From: Bacteroidota bacterium
GTDB lineage: Bacteria; Bacteroidota; Bacteroidia; J057; JADKCL01
Length of the DNA stretch: 64,000 nt
NCBI GenBank assembly: GCA_031415375.1
Contig: JANORP010000206.1
Span: forward strand, 8,166-72,165
Reading direction: 5' to 3'
Part shown: piece after piece, positions 63,177 through 64,000 of the stretch
How the letters are laid out: every line of letters begins with the position of its first letter
How positions within the stretch are numbered: the first letter of the stretch is position 1
Program-made: the position numbers and the translations under genes
The notes under the pieces: model-generated
Told to the model about the DNA's origin: nothing
What the model saw: the letters and a program-made list of their open reading frames with translations, nothing else
The model's database searches: none

Positions 63177-63202
63177 TGATGATGCACCCGCAAAGCACGT
63201 GA

Positions 63203-63865
63203 TCAATCTGGTCGATGCTGCTTGATGAATGCTGTCGGTACGAGGAACCCCGTCGTGTCTTCCCCATAACCGCCACCGAGGCCCATATTGGCTTGGTGCC
63301 GCATCTCAAAATGCAAGTGCGCCCAATAGGCACCATGGGCATCGCCGATGGTGCCGAGCTGCTGCCCGCGCTGCAGCGTGTCCCCGACTTGCACCATCAT
63401 CTGATCGAGGTGCGCATACAGCGACTCGATGAGGCGTGGCGCGACCCCCGAGCCGATGTTGTGCTGCACAATCACCACATTGCCCCAGCCAGCGCCATAG
63501 TCTTCCGCAGTGTGCACGATGCCCATCCCCGTCGAGAAGACGGGATCGCCCTTGTCGGTATTCCCGCCACCGACCCCATTCCAATCTTCGCCAAGGTGAT
63601 TGTTTTCCTGAAATTTTTGTGCGTTGTAATACTTCTTGGCATCTGGCGGACCCACGGGGAAGTCAAAACCATCTGTAGGCGGTGGCACTACAGCTATTGC
63701 GCCGACAGGTATGAAGGGGGTTTCGGATGCCTCATGTAGCGCAATCGCCTTGCCATCGCCCAACTGTGATGGACTCCCTTGGGCGACAAGCTGCATGACC
63801 AGCACCACTGCAATCGACGCTGTGATCGCACTGCCAATGGCAAACCACAAGAATCTCCTATTCAT
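63203..63865 (-). CDS. M23 family (LytM-type) metallopeptidase
   Basis: It has an N-terminal anchor (FLWFAIGSAITASIAVVLVM) and the motifs HLGEDW (HxxxD), GWGNVVIVQH and AHLHFEMR (HxH). The start is at ATG 63865. Confidence 0.85.
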   Translation of the reverse strand: MNRRFLWFAIGSAITASIAVVLVMQLVAQGSPSQLGDGKAIALHEASETPFIPVGAIAVVPPPTDGFDFPVGPPDAKKYYNAQKFQENNHLGEDWNGVGGGNTDKGDPVFSTGMGIVHTAEDYGAGWGNVVIVQHNIGSGVAPRLIESLYAHLDQMMVQVGDTLQRGQQLGTIGDAHGAYWAHLHFEMRHQANMGLGGGYGEDTTGFLVPTAFIKQHRPD

Positions 63866-64000
63866 AGTTTTTTGAGCGGGCGATGGGCCTCGATGAATGC
63901 CGTAGGATCGACAAAGCCGAGGGTATCCCCGGCATAGCCGCAACCGACCTCCTTGCCGGGCTTGGTGCGCGCCTCAAAATGCAGGTGGGCATGGTACTTG
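63862..64000 (-). CDS. M23 family metallopeptidase, C-terminal end (5' part outside the window)
   Basis: My own minus-strand translation gives ..YHAHLHFEARTKPGKEVGCGYAGDTLGFVDPTAFIEAHRPLKKL*. It contains the HxH motif and a tail similar to the downstream paralogue (TTGFLVPTAFIKQHRPD). Its TGA stop overlaps the next ATG (ATGA). It is too short to appear in the ORF track. Confidence 0.6.
   Translation of the reverse strand, partial: KYHAHLHFEARTKPGKEVGCGYAGDTLGFVDPTAFIEAHRPLKKL

Noticed and set aside
62890-63342. A 150-aa minus-strand ORF, and small plus-strand ORFs across the hairpin-rich spacer
   Set aside because: These reading frames run through serial palindromes and into the 3' end of the M23 gene. 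The translation has no protein-like features, so I interpret the region as non-coding repeat DNA.
1-64000. Search for tRNA, rRNA, tmRNA, riboswitch or transposase/IS ends in all spacers longer than 100 bp
   Set aside because: I recognised no cloverleaf-like sequence, rRNA signature, known riboswitch core or terminal inverted repeat bounding a transposase. Absence by eye is not proof; tRNAscan-SE, Infernal and ISfinder searches would settle it.

Overview
This 64-kb window reads as a chromosomal segment of a Bacteroidota genome. The evidence is type IX secretion (T9SS) components, proteins with C-terminal T9SS sorting domains, DUF1573 proteins, TAnnTTTG-type promoter motifs and TPR-containing sensor kinases. 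About 60 protein-coding genes can be supported. I recognised no rRNA, tRNA, CRISPR array, transposase or integrase by eye. Most genes are housekeeping or envelope functions: a partial hutH and a bifunctional FTCD (histidine catabolism), a fused E1 2-oxoacid dehydrogenase, RecO, TatD, an HD phosphohydrolase, M61 and M23 peptidases and porins. Signalling and secretion genes comprise two TPR histidine kinases (one with a LuxR-type regulator), a PorX-like regulator, two tandem PorZ-like propeller proteins and several T9SS cargo proteins. Five things stand out. (1) An ECF sigma/anti-sigma pair lies divergent from a two-gene module whose products both carry a signal peptide and a C-terminal membrane anchor; one of them is a TPR-CHAT caspase-like protease predicted to sit outside the cytoplasm. 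(2) A DprE1/DprE2-like epimerase pair shares an operon with a GT-C glycosyltransferase, and further GT-C-like membrane proteins and a HAD-IB hydrolase lie nearby, suggesting a lipid-linked pentose glycosylation route. (3) An isolated, overlapping HisF-like/HisH-like amidotransferase pair sits outside any his operon. (4) Two tandem PorZ-like paralogues run into an unknown gene and recO, these last three genes joined by overlapping stop/start codons. (5) Several intergenic spacers are packed with short perfect hairpins: GAA triloops, GAGCC-N3-GGCTC units and one palindrome with 17-bp arms. All functional calls come from reading the translated ORFs against remembered family motifs. No database search or computation was run, so family names are hypotheses and many start codons are uncertain.
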